DNA of 57,441 bases from a virus (lineage: Duplodnaviria; Caudoviricetes), in IMG/VR virus record IMGVR_UViG_3300032267_000867, positions 1 through 57,441 of that record; one strand, given 5' to 3'. This document shows, one piece after another, positions 1 to 8,624 of the stretch. Both the position numbers and the translations under genes were made by a program. The notes beneath the pieces are model-generated. The model did not search any database. It was not told the origin of the DNA and worked only from the letters and a program-made list of their open reading frames with translations. Position 1 is the first letter of the stretch; every line of letters begins with the position of its first letter.

Positions 1-123
1 ATTCAGGCCCAGGCTGTGCCGACGCATCATCGCATCAGCCGTTAGCGGCCCGTGCTTGCGGATGATGTTTAGCGCCTTCTGAATTTTGCGCTCGTAATCG
101 GTGTCTGCGACGTGCATCCCGGC
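1..123. repeat. Terminal direct repeat, copy 1 (circular assembly overlap)
   Basis: 1-123 is identical to 57319-57441 and lies inside a coding frame, giving a circular unit of 57,318 bp. Confidence 0.95.
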
Positions 124-2217
124 GTCGCGCAGCAGGGTATCAACGCAATGCTGTGCCAGCGCCCGGCCCCAGGCGACATCGGTCACGTCGATGACCGGAT
201 TGCCCGGATCGCGCGCCACCGCCCGTATCAGGGCCAGCTTCATGGCGTTTTCCGCCAACCGCCCCGCGATGGCGGTGACGTAGGTTCCCTCGGCTTCGCG
301 CTGCTGCTGTAGCTGATCGTGGCGCATCGCCCGTCGGGCGTCGCTGGCTTCCGGTGTCTCGGGCACCATCATGACGTTGGCGGGCATATCCGCCATCATC
401 ACATCCGCCAAATTCCCCGTCCCAGCGCCCCGCGCAATCGCCTGTAAGGCGTCAATCAATGCTGGCGGCGGATCGGTCAGGATGGGTTCCTGCTCGTCCG
501 GATAGCTGCATGGCGAGACGAAAAGCAGCATCCGCGCCATCAACCCGTCGTGCAGGCTGGCCCCGGCTATGGCGTTCCAGAATTGGCCGGGCGTGGTGGT
601 CCCGTAAAAGCACGCATGGGGATCGTGGATGTCCTCGCGCGGGCGTCCCATCTTGGTCTGGTCGGCGTATTCCGTGCCCTGCCATGGCCCGCTGGCGCTG
701 CTGTAAAGCTCCTTGAGCATGGCGGCGATTTGCTTGCGGTGGCTTCCCGCCTTGTCGCTGACGATGCCGGTCAGCCAGTCACCGAATTCGTCAATCTGAA
801 ACAACATCGCGGGATGCCGCGCCAGGGCGGTGCGGAGGCCAGAACCGGATGCGATGTCGGACCCGCCCAAATACTGCGACAAGTCGGCGGCGTTCAGGCA
901 TTTTTTGATCACGCGGCGGGCGTGGTCCTTACCGGCGCCAGAATCCGCAATGCCGATGGCGTAGATGTTGGTGCGCAGATCGGTGGTGGTGCAGTAGCGT
1001 CGCCCGGCCAGCGTGCCGATTAGCGTGATCCCGGCGGCGAGAGCGAGGAAAGGCTGTGGGCTGATCGCCGTTGCCTCGCAATGCTCGACGAACATTTTCA
1101 GCGCCCCAGGCACGTCCATCAAATCCGCGCTCACCGGCAAGGGGGCTTTTTGCTTTTCGGCGCTGCGGGCGTCCAGCTTGGCCAACAATGCAGCGGCGGC
1201 GTGCGGCTGACCGTCGGGAATGGCGGGCATGCGCTCAGGCACGTCGCGCGGCTTGCGCATCCCGTCTTGGAATGCGGTGCGCAAGGTGTTTTGCGCATGG
1301 CGGAAATCTTTGCAGGCGTGGCGAATGTCCGCCAGGGCGGCGGAAAGCTCCGTGAACGCAAAACCCTCCTGCAACTCCCCCGCCGCCACCAGCCCACCGA
1401 TGGAAAACGCCGCCTTGTTCAGCGTGTGGTGCTTGCTCCCATCCCACGCCCGACGGATGGCGTCACACTCGCTGTGCAGCGCCGCCACGCCGTAATGCGT
1501 GCCACCATCGGGGTTGTGGGGCCGATGCGCCATTGGCGTATGTGCGGGCGCTGTAGGGCGTTCTGGCGAAGCCGGTGGGGTTGTGGGAAATGTGAGGTTG
1601 CCGTCTAGGTCTCCGCACAAATCAAGCGCGCGTCCTTCGATGGCGAACACCAAATGATTCTCCGCGCCATCCACAAAGCCAAAATAGTAGGATTGCGAAA
1701 GGGTGAAGCTCTCGCGCGAAAGCGCGCCAACAAAAAGCCCATTGATCCGCGCCACCATATTCGCCCGCTCATCGGGCGCGATTGGTTGCGATAGCGGCAT
1801 CAGCAACCGCCAGCGCGGTGTTGCTGGGGTATGGCTGGGCGACGTGTAGAAAATGGCGGCAACATTGGCATTCGTCAAAATTGTGCGCGCCCGATCTGGG
1901 GTGATTTGCTCCCCGTCGTAATCTACCTCAATGCCGTTCACCTGCTGGACATTGGCGTTGTTGCGGAAGCTGCCACCGCCAGAACGGTGATCGCCAAACT
2001 TTGCCAGCTTCAGCCAAGGCAAGGCGTCTTTGCTGGATGCGTGGGTTGTTTTTAACCGCTCCATAAGAGCGCGGAGGCTCATTGTTTCTTCGGTTTTTGC
2101 AGAGGCCGCAAAATTCTGGAAAAACGTGAGGCCAATTGGCTTGTCCAGGGGAGAATCCGATGGCGTAGCGCCAAGGCTCCGACTTGCCAAATAATCGCTA
2201 AAACGTGAACCAGTCAT
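1..2217 (-). CDS. Primase-helicase: AEP-type primase, helical linker, DUF3987-like P-loop domain (5' part; continues at 57318-57190, about 781 aa in total)
   Basis: Absent from the ORF track because it runs off the edge. Manual translation from ATG 2217 (TGATG overlap with the HNH stop): MTGSRFSDYL..., EVDYD and YTSPSH primase motifs, Walker A ADSGAGKD, Walker B FQIDEFG. In frame with ORF 57190..57435. Confidence 0.85.
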   Translation of the reverse strand, partial: MTGSRFSDYLASRSLGATPSDSPLDKPIGLTFFQNFAASAKTEETMSLRALMERLKTTHASSKDALPWLKLAKFGDHRSGGGSFRNNANVQQVNGIEVDYDGEQITPDRARTILTNANVAAIFYTSPSHTPATPRWRLLMPLSQPIAPDERANMVARINGLFVGALSRESFTLSQSYYFGFVDGAENHLVFAIEGRALDLCGDLDGNLTFPTTPPASPERPTAPAHTPMAHRPHNPDGGTHYGVAALHSECDAIRRAWDGSKHHTLNKAAFSIGGLVAAGELQEGFAFTELSAALADIRHACKDFRHAQNTLRTAFQDGMRKPRDVPERMPAIPDGQPHAAAALLAKLDARSAEKQKAPLPVSADLMDVPGALKMFVEHCEATAISPQPFLALAAGITLIGTLAGRRYCTTTDLRTNIYAIGIADSGAGKDHARRVIKKCLNAADLSQYLGGSDIASGSGLRTALARHPAMLFQIDEFGDWLTGIVSDKAGSHRKQIAAMLKELYSSASGPWQGTEYADQTKMGRPREDIHDPHACFYGTTTPGQFWNAIAGASLHDGLMARMLLFVSPCSYPDEQEPILTDPPPALIDALQAIARGAGTGNLADVMMADMPANVMMVPETPEASDARRAMRHDQLQQQREAEGTYVTAIAGRLAENAMKLALIRAVARDPGNPVIDVTDVAWGRALAQHCVDTLLRDAGMHVADTDYERKIQKALNIIRKHGPLTADAMMRRHSLGLN

Positions 2218-2966
2218 CACAGCAAAGCTCCTTTCGAGCGAGCCCAATCAATTGGGTCTTTCGCCTGTTTCGTTTGATTGCATCGGGCACAAAGCAATTG
2301 CAAATTGCGCGGCCAGTTTGATCCGCCTCGCGCAAGCGGCTGAATATGATCCACATGGTATCCAGGTTTGATGGAAATTCGACAATGCGCGCATTTTCCG
2401 CGTTGGGCGACAAAAATGCGCTGCACATCCCCTGCGGAATGCCGTCCCTCGGCGTTGCGTATCCTCGCACGACGCGCACGAACGATGCAGCGTGATTTTT
2501 CTGGATTAGCGGCGCGCCAAATCTTGGCGGTTTGAGCAATGTGATCTTTTTTCCGCTTTCTCCATTCTGCATTTTTAATCGCTATACGCTCTCTATTTTT
2601 TTCTGCATAAGCCTTTCGAATGGCTTGTGTTTTTTCTGGGTTGGCAGCCCGGTAAGCAACATTGGCTTTCACAATCTCATCTTTGTGTTTTTTGCGATAA
2701 TTTGCGTTATTTTTTTTGTGCTTTTCGGGGTTTTCCTCTCGCCATTTTTTTACGCGAGCAACGACTTGAGCGGTTTTTTCTTTTGCCTTTTCAGGATTTG
2801 CTGCGCGCCGTGCAGCCGTATTTTCACAGGCGCACATAAGGCATGCACCACTGATGGTATTGCGCTCACAAACATGACCGCGATGGCACAGCACATTCGT
2901 AAAATATCTTTTCAATCCATTAGCGCGCGCTTCGTTTCGGCTAATGATAAGCAACCCCTGGTTCAT
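2217..2966 (-). CDS. HNH homing endonuclease 1
   Basis: CAHC...HVDHIQPLARGGSNWPRNLQLLCARCN HNH motif; N-terminal Cys/His domain; 15-aa basic repeats in the middle. Confidence 0.9.
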   Translation of the reverse strand: MNQGLLIISRNEARANGLKRYFTNVLCHRGHVCERNTISGACLMCACENTAARRAANPEKAKEKTAQVVARVKKWREENPEKHKKNNANYRKKHKDEIVKANVAYRAANPEKTQAIRKAYAEKNRERIAIKNAEWRKRKKDHIAQTAKIWRAANPEKSRCIVRARRARIRNAEGRHSAGDVQRIFVAQRGKCAHCRISIKPGYHVDHIQPLARGGSNWPRNLQLLCARCNQTKQAKDPIDWARSKGALL

Positions 2967-3196
2967 CCGACGGTCCTGATTTTGTCCATGGCGATGTCTA
3001 TGCCCGCCCGCAGGTCGGTGAGCTTATCGACATACCCGGTGCAAATCACCTCGATAAATTGGCCCCACTGCTCGCGGCTCCACGCCGCCATATCCGTCTT
3101 GCCTAGGCTTTCGACGAATTCCCCGGCCCGGTCTGATGCCTGCATCATCGCGGCAAGCTCATGCTCATTTGCGTCAATCATTTTTCCCATTCCCAT
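2963..3196 (-). CDS. Small conserved phage protein (DUF6511-like)
   Basis: AGEFVESLGKTDMAAWSREQW pattern; ATGA overlap with the next gene; start may be 3181. Confidence 0.55.
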   Translation of the reverse strand: MGMGKMIDANEHELAAMMQASDRAGEFVESLGKTDMAAWSREQWGQFIEVICTGYVDKLTDLRAGIDIAMDKIRTVG

Positions 3197-3225
3197 TGTT
3201 GGTCAGTCAGCATGCGGCATAGCCG

Positions 3226-4803
3226 TCAAAATTTGAAGCCTGTGATTTCCACATACTTGCCCACCGGGCGCACCTGAATTTCGGTCGGCTGGCGCAGCGT
3301 GCTGGCAGCGTTGATCGCCGCTTCGCTGTTTGCTGGGATCGGCGCATCGCTGCGGCGCTTCCACCATGTCTCCGCCTTTTGGCGCGGGTAGCCGATGTGG
3401 TCAAAGCAAATCCACTCGCTGTGGATGGTCAGCCCGCAAACGTAGGTCACACGCATCGACGACGGCTTGCCCGGCTTGGCGTGCAGCGCATACGTCACGT
3501 CTTTGACCGGAATCCATTCTGGTTTGATTTGCGTGGATAGCAGCGCCCCTGTTGAAGCCTGAGTTTGCAGCTTTGAACCTTGCACCTCAAATGGCGCACC
3601 GCACTCCGCGCACTCTCGGGCCGCAATCATGTTTTCAGCCCCGCATTCAAGGCAAGCCTTCGTCGTCGGCATTTCGCCAGCGCCGGGCCTTTTCTCTTTG
3701 ACGGATACGCAATCAAGCGGACCGTGCCGTTCGATATTCCCGCCCCAATCTAAAATCAAACAATTTTCTTTGTCAGGGAATAGGCGGGTTCCACGCCCAC
3801 AAGATTGGATATAAAGCCCCGCGCTTTTCGTGGGCCGGGCCAATCCTACAAGATCGACATGGCGCGCATTGAAGCCAACGGCTAGCGCGCTCACGGAAAC
3901 CAAGCATCGAATTTCTTGCCGCTTGAACGCCTCCACAATTCTGCTGCGCTCAGCGGATGGCGTTGTGGCGAAAACGCCTTCACACGAAAAACCTCGCTCG
4001 CGAATGGCGTCGCGCAACATTGTGCAGTGGTTCACGCCGCAGCCGAAAACAATCCAGCCTCGACGCGATGCGCCCTGTGTCACCAATTCATCCGCGATTG
4101 CAGCAACGGTGCTGGGGTCCGATGCGGCAACGTCAAGTTGACCGGCAATGAAGTCACCGCCGCGCGTCCCAACGCCGCTAGTGTCAATTGCGACACTGCC
4201 TTGCTTGCTGACAGGCGGCGAAAGGAATCCTTCCTCAATGGCGTCAACGATGCTGTATTCATAAACAATTCTGGAAAAGATCGCGTCCTTGCCCTTGTGG
4301 AGCATGCCGCTATCAAGCCGAAACGCCGTAGCAGTCAGCCCCACAACGCGAAGATGACCGACGTTAATCTCTCGCACACTGCGAAAGAATTTAAGCCACA
4401 TTGTATCAGCGTCGCGCGGAATGCTCTGCGCTTCGTCCACGATAATAAGGTCAACCCGCTGTAGAAGTTCGGCCTTGCGATGTATGGACTGAATGGAGCC
4501 AAAAATGACTTGCGCGCGTGCGTCGCGGCGGTTCAGACCGGCGCTGTAGATGCCCGCTGGGCATTCCGGCCAAAGCCCGATCATTTCGGCAAAATTTTGA
4601 GCGACGAGTTCTCGGGAGTGGGTCAGGACGACGATGCGGGTGTCCGGGTATTCCGTCAGCGCCCGACGCACAAACTCGCAAATTACCAGGGCTTTGCCGG
4701 TGCCAGTAGGAAGCACCGCTAACACGTTGTCATCCGCGACAGCCAGCCCATCCCAAATGGAATTTACCGCTTTTTCTTGATAGTGACGAAGGCTGATGGT
4801 CAT
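3226..4803 (-). CDS. Superfamily 2 DNA helicase (RadD/YejH-like) with Zn finger
   Basis: LRHYQ, LPTGTGK, IIVDEAQ, GLTATAFR, QSCGRGTR, CxxC-x-CxxC. Confidence 0.9.
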   Translation of the reverse strand: MTISLRHYQEKAVNSIWDGLAVADDNVLAVLPTGTGKALVICEFVRRALTEYPDTRIVVLTHSRELVAQNFAEMIGLWPECPAGIYSAGLNRRDARAQVIFGSIQSIHRKAELLQRVDLIIVDEAQSIPRDADTMWLKFFRSVREINVGHLRVVGLTATAFRLDSGMLHKGKDAIFSRIVYEYSIVDAIEEGFLSPPVSKQGSVAIDTSGVGTRGGDFIAGQLDVAASDPSTVAAIADELVTQGASRRGWIVFGCGVNHCTMLRDAIRERGFSCEGVFATTPSAERSRIVEAFKRQEIRCLVSVSALAVGFNARHVDLVGLARPTKSAGLYIQSCGRGTRLFPDKENCLILDWGGNIERHGPLDCVSVKEKRPGAGEMPTTKACLECGAENMIAARECAECGAPFEVQGSKLQTQASTGALLSTQIKPEWIPVKDVTYALHAKPGKPSSMRVTYVCGLTIHSEWICFDHIGYPRQKAETWWKRRSDAPIPANSEAAINAASTLRQPTEIQVRPVGKYVEITGFKF

Positions 4804-5372
4804 TACACCAGCCTCCCTTCACGGCGGGCAAAATCAATCGGGTCAGCGGCACTCTTTCGCATATTGCAAGGCGCGCACAACAGTTGAAGATTGCGAGGCC
4901 AATTAGACCCACCGCGCGAAATCGGCTGGATATGATCGACGTGATACCCACCCTTGATGGAAATGCGACAATGCCCGCATTTGCCCCGTTGAGCGTCGAA
5001 GATGCGCTGCACATCGGCGGCAATATGTTGTCCCTCGGCGTTTCGCATTCTTGCGCGGCGCGCGCGTTGAATGCAGAGTTTTTTCTCTGGGTTGGCAGCA
5101 CGCCAAGCGGCGTTAATTTTCGCAACTTTATCTTTATTATTTTTGCGATAATTTGCGCGGCCTTCTTTTACTTTTTTAGGATTCGCTGCATACCATGCTT
5201 CTTTATGTTCACGGTTGCACATAAAGCACAAACGATTGGAAGTATGACGCTCGGCAACATGGCCGCGAGGGCAAGGCTTGCCCGTAAAATATTTCTTCAA
5301 CCCGTTGGCGAGCGCGTCGCCTCGGCTAATGACAGGACGGAATTCGGGTGATAAATTTGATTCAGTCATCAT
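4803..5372 (-). CDS. HNH homing endonuclease 2
   Basis: CGHC...HVDHIQPISRGGSNWPRNLQLLCAPCN; close paralogue of 2217..2966. Confidence 0.9.
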   Translation of the reverse strand: MMTESNLSPEFRPVISRGDALANGLKKYFTGKPCPRGHVAERHTSNRLCFMCNREHKEAWYAANPKKVKEGRANYRKNNKDKVAKINAAWRAANPEKKLCIQRARRARMRNAEGQHIAADVQRIFDAQRGKCGHCRISIKGGYHVDHIQPISRGGSNWPRNLQLLCAPCNMRKSAADPIDFARREGRLV

Positions 5373-5467
5373 AACCTCTGGTGTAGGTGTTGGTGGTTAG
5401 AAGCCGCCTCGGTGTTTCCAGCACCGGGCGGCTTTGTCATTTAAGCCAGAATCGTGAGCGACGGCAA
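5372..5467 (-). promoter_or_regulatory. Putative promoter and structured leader of HNH 2
   Basis: TTGCCG-N17-TTAAAT (5467-5439); hairpin AAGCCGCCCGGTG-CTGGAAA-CACCGAGGCGGCTT (5434-5401); TAACC can pair with GGTTA in the RBS. Confidence 0.45.
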
Positions 5468-5470
5468 CTC

Positions 5471-6400
5471 TCATTCCTGGGGGCCGTCCCGCCATTCCTC
5501 ACCGTCGGGCATGGTGTAGAGAACCCAAAAGTCGCCAGCGTCAATTTGCTCCCCACGCACAAAAGCGGGAATATACAGGTGCGACGCACAGCCAGCGCGC
5601 TGGTTTTCTGGCGAGATGAGCGTGACGTAACGCGCGCAGAGCCATTCCCCCTCGGGCGCGGGGGCGGAGTGCAAGCATGATCGGCAATGCCGCTCGGGCA
5701 TGGCGTCGCCATGACAGACGGCGGAGTGATCACAGAATTTGCATTCAAAATGCGTGGGGTCACTGCTGATCCGCGCGGGCGGTTCGACGCTGGCGATGAT
5801 CCTGGCGGCCTTGACGACAAGGCGCAGCGCGCATTCGGCATCGTATCGAATGCGTTCTTGATATAGCTCGTCGGTGTTTTTGTTCACCGCAAGATAGAAG
5901 GCGCGCTCGATTCCGGCGAGGTGCATGTAAACCTGCATCTGGGCGAAGTGCTGGGGCTTCGATTTTTCGACGCCATCCTTCTTGAGCGACGTGAAGGATT
6001 TTTCGCTGTGCGTTTTGAATTCGCAAACATGCCACGCCTTGGGCGCCTCGGGGAATCCAACGGCGACGCTATCCATGCTGCCACCGAAATGCCCGGAGGC
6101 GTCGCGGAGGTTGAATTGCTGACCGGTCTCCGGGTCCAGCGCCATCACCGTCACGCCAATGCGACGCAGGTCGTGGATAAAGCGGCTTTCGGCTTGGTGG
6201 CCTGTTTCGAACAGGCGCAGCATCCGTCCGGAATGATTGGCGCGCGTCGCCCACCGCCAAGAATACCAGATGGCGCGGCTGCACTCCGCACCGATCATGC
6301 TGGCCCCCAAGTGGTTGCGGTAACCGGAACCCTGCTCGGCGGCGTAGGCGTCGTAGATCGCAGAGACGGTTTTGTCCTCTGCTGGTGGTAGTGCAACCAT
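5471..6400 (-). CDS. Cas4-like PD-(D/E)xK exonuclease
   Basis: LGASMIGAECSR, GSMD...CEFKT, HFAQMQVYM, CKFCDHSAVC Cys cluster. Confidence 0.85.
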   Translation of the reverse strand: MVALPPAEDKTVSAIYDAYAAEQGSGYRNHLGASMIGAECSRAIWYSWRWATRANHSGRMLRLFETGHQAESRFIHDLRRIGVTVMALDPETGQQFNLRDASGHFGGSMDSVAVGFPEAPKAWHVCEFKTHSEKSFTSLKKDGVEKSKPQHFAQMQVYMHLAGIERAFYLAVNKNTDELYQERIRYDAECALRLVVKAARIIASVEPPARISSDPTHFECKFCDHSAVCHGDAMPERHCRSCLHSAPAPEGEWLCARYVTLISPENQRAGCASHLYIPAFVRGEQIDAGDFWVLYTMPDGEEWRDGPQE

Positions 6401-6417
6401 GTTGGTTCCCCTGCGTT

Positions 6418-6445
6418 AAAAAAAACCGGGGCGTTTCCGCCCCGG
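6418..6445 (-). terminator. Rho-independent terminator after the SSB gene
   Basis: CCGGGGCG-GAAA-CGCCCCGG followed by T8 on the minus strand. Confidence 0.85.
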
Positions 6446-6453
6446 CGCTTTGA

Positions 6454-6987
6454 TCACTTCCGCCAGGGCGGGACACCACCAGCGGCAGGCGCTGCGGGCC
6501 TGGGCGTGGAAGGCGGTGGGGCCTGCCTAGAGCTAAAGCTAGACGGTGCCTTGGCGACAGGCGCGCCGTCTCTGGCGGCGGCATAGCCCTTCACCACATT
6601 GCGACGGCGCTGCTCATCCGGCGGGAGGTCTTTGTCCCGGTTGTCCACTTCCACCGCCACGGTGATTGTCATGGGCAGGAAGTGAATTTCCTCACTATCC
6701 GAAATGTGTTGCTTGCCGATGGCCAAGCAGATGGCGGAAAGCGTGCGCAAAGCGATTTCCTGCGCGGTCGGGTTAGGATTCTTGATGTTCAGGTTGTCCC
6801 AAACCCGGCGCCCTTTGGAGGGGCCATCGATGATTTCGAGCGTCAACTGAAGCATCGTCCCGCCCTTGGCGGTTTCCTTCATCACGCTTTCGATCACCTG
6901 CGCCGTGTAATTGCCGGGCGGCAGATTGTCGCGGGGCTGTGCGGGTTCGACGCTGGTGGCGTCAAAGGTTTCACCGAGAAATGCCAT
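6454..6987 (-). CDS. DUF669-family single-stranded DNA-binding protein
   Basis: Likely start MAFLGETFDA (6987, AAGGA RBS); LPPGNY, LQLTLEIIDG, RRVWDNLN, C-terminal PPW; lies between Sak4-like and Cas4-like genes. Confidence 0.8.
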   Translation of the reverse strand: MAFLGETFDATSVEPAQPRDNLPPGNYTAQVIESVMKETAKGGTMLQLTLEIIDGPSKGRRVWDNLNIKNPNPTAQEIALRTLSAICLAIGKQHISDSEEIHFLPMTITVAVEVDNRDKDLPPDEQRRRNVVKGYAAARDGAPVAKAPSSFSSRQAPPPSTPRPAAPAAGGVPPWRK

Positions 6988-6991
6988 GGTC

Positions 6992-7768
6992 TTATTCCTT
7001 GCTGGTTGCGAAATAGGGGATGTGCTGGGCGATGGTCGGCCACATCTGTTCCGGATCATCCGGCAAAGAGATGGATTCCGGCATGCGATAGCGGTTTTTT
7101 GCGAGGTGAGACGGGCGCTCGGTGGTGTAAAGCACGCGCTGCCCACCCCCAACGCCGCGCGCCCGGCTGCTGGGGTCTTTCTTGTCGTCCTTCACGACAC
7201 TGACGCGATAATTCATAAACCACACGCAGTCGACGTGCTCCTGCACCAGGGCGCTCGCGGCCTTCTGGAGCTTGGGCGCGTAGCGGTCGTAGGCTTCCAC
7301 CTCGGGGCTTTCAAACCGTTTTGGCTCCGTATGGGCGATCATGGCGATGGTCATTTTGCGCTCGTCGCGGAGGGCGTTCAACCCGTCCAGAATTCCGCGC
7401 CATGTGTCCAGCGAGGCGGCGTAGCCCTTGCCGTAGCCGGGCTGTTCAATATCTTTCCAATTGTTCAGGCGGCACGTCTCTGCCCACACCAGCGGCTCCA
7501 GCCAGTCGAGGCTGTCCAGCACCACGGTTTCGAATTCGTGGTCCTCGCTGTAAAGCGAGGCGATGGTCTCCATCACCTCGGCGTAGCTTTTAAGCAGCCC
7601 GAAGGTGGGCATGTCGATCATGCCAAGACCGTCCTCGGTCTGGAGGATAACCGGCTTGGGCATGCCAGCACCAAGCGAGGTTTTGCCGATGCCATGCACC
7701 GCATGGAGCATGATGCGCGGCGCTTTCACCTCCGTGCTGCGGCGCAATGACGCCATTGAAATTGCCAT
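6992..7768 (-). CDS. Sak4-like AAA recombination ATPase
   Basis: Start MAISMASL (7768); HGIGKT Walker A, VVLDSLDWLE, GYGKGY, AKNRY. Confidence 0.85.
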   Translation of the reverse strand: MAISMASLRRSTEVKAPRIMLHAVHGIGKTSLGAGMPKPVILQTEDGLGMIDMPTFGLLKSYAEVMETIASLYSEDHEFETVVLDSLDWLEPLVWAETCRLNNWKDIEQPGYGKGYAASLDTWRGILDGLNALRDERKMTIAMIAHTEPKRFESPEVEAYDRYAPKLQKAASALVQEHVDCVWFMNYRVSVVKDDKKDPSSRARGVGGGQRVLYTTERPSHLAKNRYRMPESISLPDDPEQMWPTIAQHIPYFATSKE

Positions 7769-7860
7769 CTTTTTTCCTTTCCCAAAAGCACCAAAAAGCA
7801 AAGTGCAAAAATATGTTTACAACATAGGGCGCGGGGAGCGCAATAGGCCAATCGGCAATT

Positions 7861-8223
7861 TTATTTGATGGGCCGCAAAGTCAGGTAAACGGCGCCTTCG
7901 CGGGCCACATCATGCTCCACCACCAGCCGCTGGCATAGCCTGTCGTTGGTGATCGCGCCCCCGGCTTGGCAGGCGTCGAGCAACTGCTTCACGCGGTTAT
8001 CAACATCGCCGCGCATTTTTGGCAGTTCAATAATTGCTTCAAACGGCGCGGCAATCTGCTTGTGCGCACGTTGTATGGACACTTCCCAGCGCGCCGCATT
8101 TGCCCAGGTTTTGGACGCGGCGCGCTTAATCAACTTCGCGCCCGTGCGGGTGCGAATCGGCACCCACGCTTTATTGATGCTGGGCGGCAGCGGCAGAATC
8201 AGCGTGATGTCGTCATCGCTCAC
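7861..8223 (-). CDS. rusA: RusA-family Holliday junction resolvase
   Basis: LPLPPSINK, GDVDNRVKQLLDA, ITND motifs. Confidence 0.85.
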   Translation of the reverse strand: MSDDDITLILPLPPSINKAWVPIRTRTGAKLIKRAASKTWANAARWEVSIQRAHKQIAAPFEAIIELPKMRGDVDNRVKQLLDACQAGGAITNDRLCQRLVVEHDVAREGAVYLTLRPIK

Positions 8224-8456
8224 GCGGCTTCGTCGGCGGGCTTAACGACGTCAATCACCAGATCAGGGCGCACCACGCTGGGGTGAATTCCCAGCGTGTG
8301 ATGCAGGGCGGATAGCGCTTTACGCGACACACCTCGACGGCGCCAGTAATGCACGCGCTGGCGCGAATAACCCAATTTTCGCGCGACGCCCACCGTGCCA
8401 CCGGCTGCATCAATAACGTCCCGCGCTAAGGCGGCCAGATCGTAAGAGTTTTCCAT
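8220..8456 (-). CDS. Cro/YdaS-like HTH protein, probably leaderless
   Basis: IDAAGGTVGVARKLGYSRQRVHYW HTH and RPDL motif; ATG at 8456 is 6 nt after a -10 box. Confidence 0.75.
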   Translation of the reverse strand: MENSYDLAALARDVIDAAGGTVGVARKLGYSRQRVHYWRRRGVSRKALSALHHTLGIHPSVVRPDLVIDVVKPADEAA

Positions 8457-8491
8457 GCCGCGTTTGTAAACGCGGCGTTGACGCGCGGCAA
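8457..8491 (-). promoter_or_regulatory. Promoter of the Cro-like gene with overlapping palindromic operator
   Basis: TTGCCG-N17-TACAAA; perfect inverted repeat GCCGCGTTT-GT-AAACGCGGC (8457-8476) covers the -10. Confidence 0.6.
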
Positions 8492-8505
8492 GAGTGTTTT
8501 GACGC

Positions 8506-8534
8506 TTGCACGACACAAGCCGCCATGACATAAG
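8506..8534 (+). promoter_or_regulatory. Divergent plus-strand promoter
   Basis: TTGCAC-N17-CATAAG with an extended -10 TG. Confidence 0.5.
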
Positions 8535-8539
8535 ACAGG

Positions 8540-8624
8540 GCGCTCTCCTGGCGTGATGTGATCATTGTTCCTTTCCCATGATACCAACTTGCCCGCCTTG
8601 GTTCGAGCCAGGGCGGGCATTTTT
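8540..8624 (+). ncRNA. Candidate anti-Shine-Dalgarno small RNA
   Basis: Promoter upstream; loops UCUCCUG (8544-8550) and UGUUCCUUUCCC (8566-8577, closed by AUCAU/AUGAU); 13-bp terminator hairpin with G-U pairs that form only on the plus strand, then U5. Confidence 0.55.

Noticed and set aside
1-123. Biological terminal repeat or att site
   Set aside because: It falls in the middle of a gene and has assembler-overlap size; no integrase is present.
2217-5372. HNH genes as parts of group I introns or inteins
   Set aside because: Flanking genes are intact and translationally coupled to the HNH ORFs, leaving no room for intron core structure.
5471-6400. Cas4-like gene as evidence of a CRISPR-Cas system
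   Set aside because: No repeat-spacer array or other cas genes; Sak4-SSB-Cas4-like nuclease is a standard phage recombination module.
8590-8620. GGTTCGAGCC as a tRNA T-loop
   Set aside because: No proper T-stem register, anticodon arm or acceptor stem; it is better explained as a terminator hairpin.
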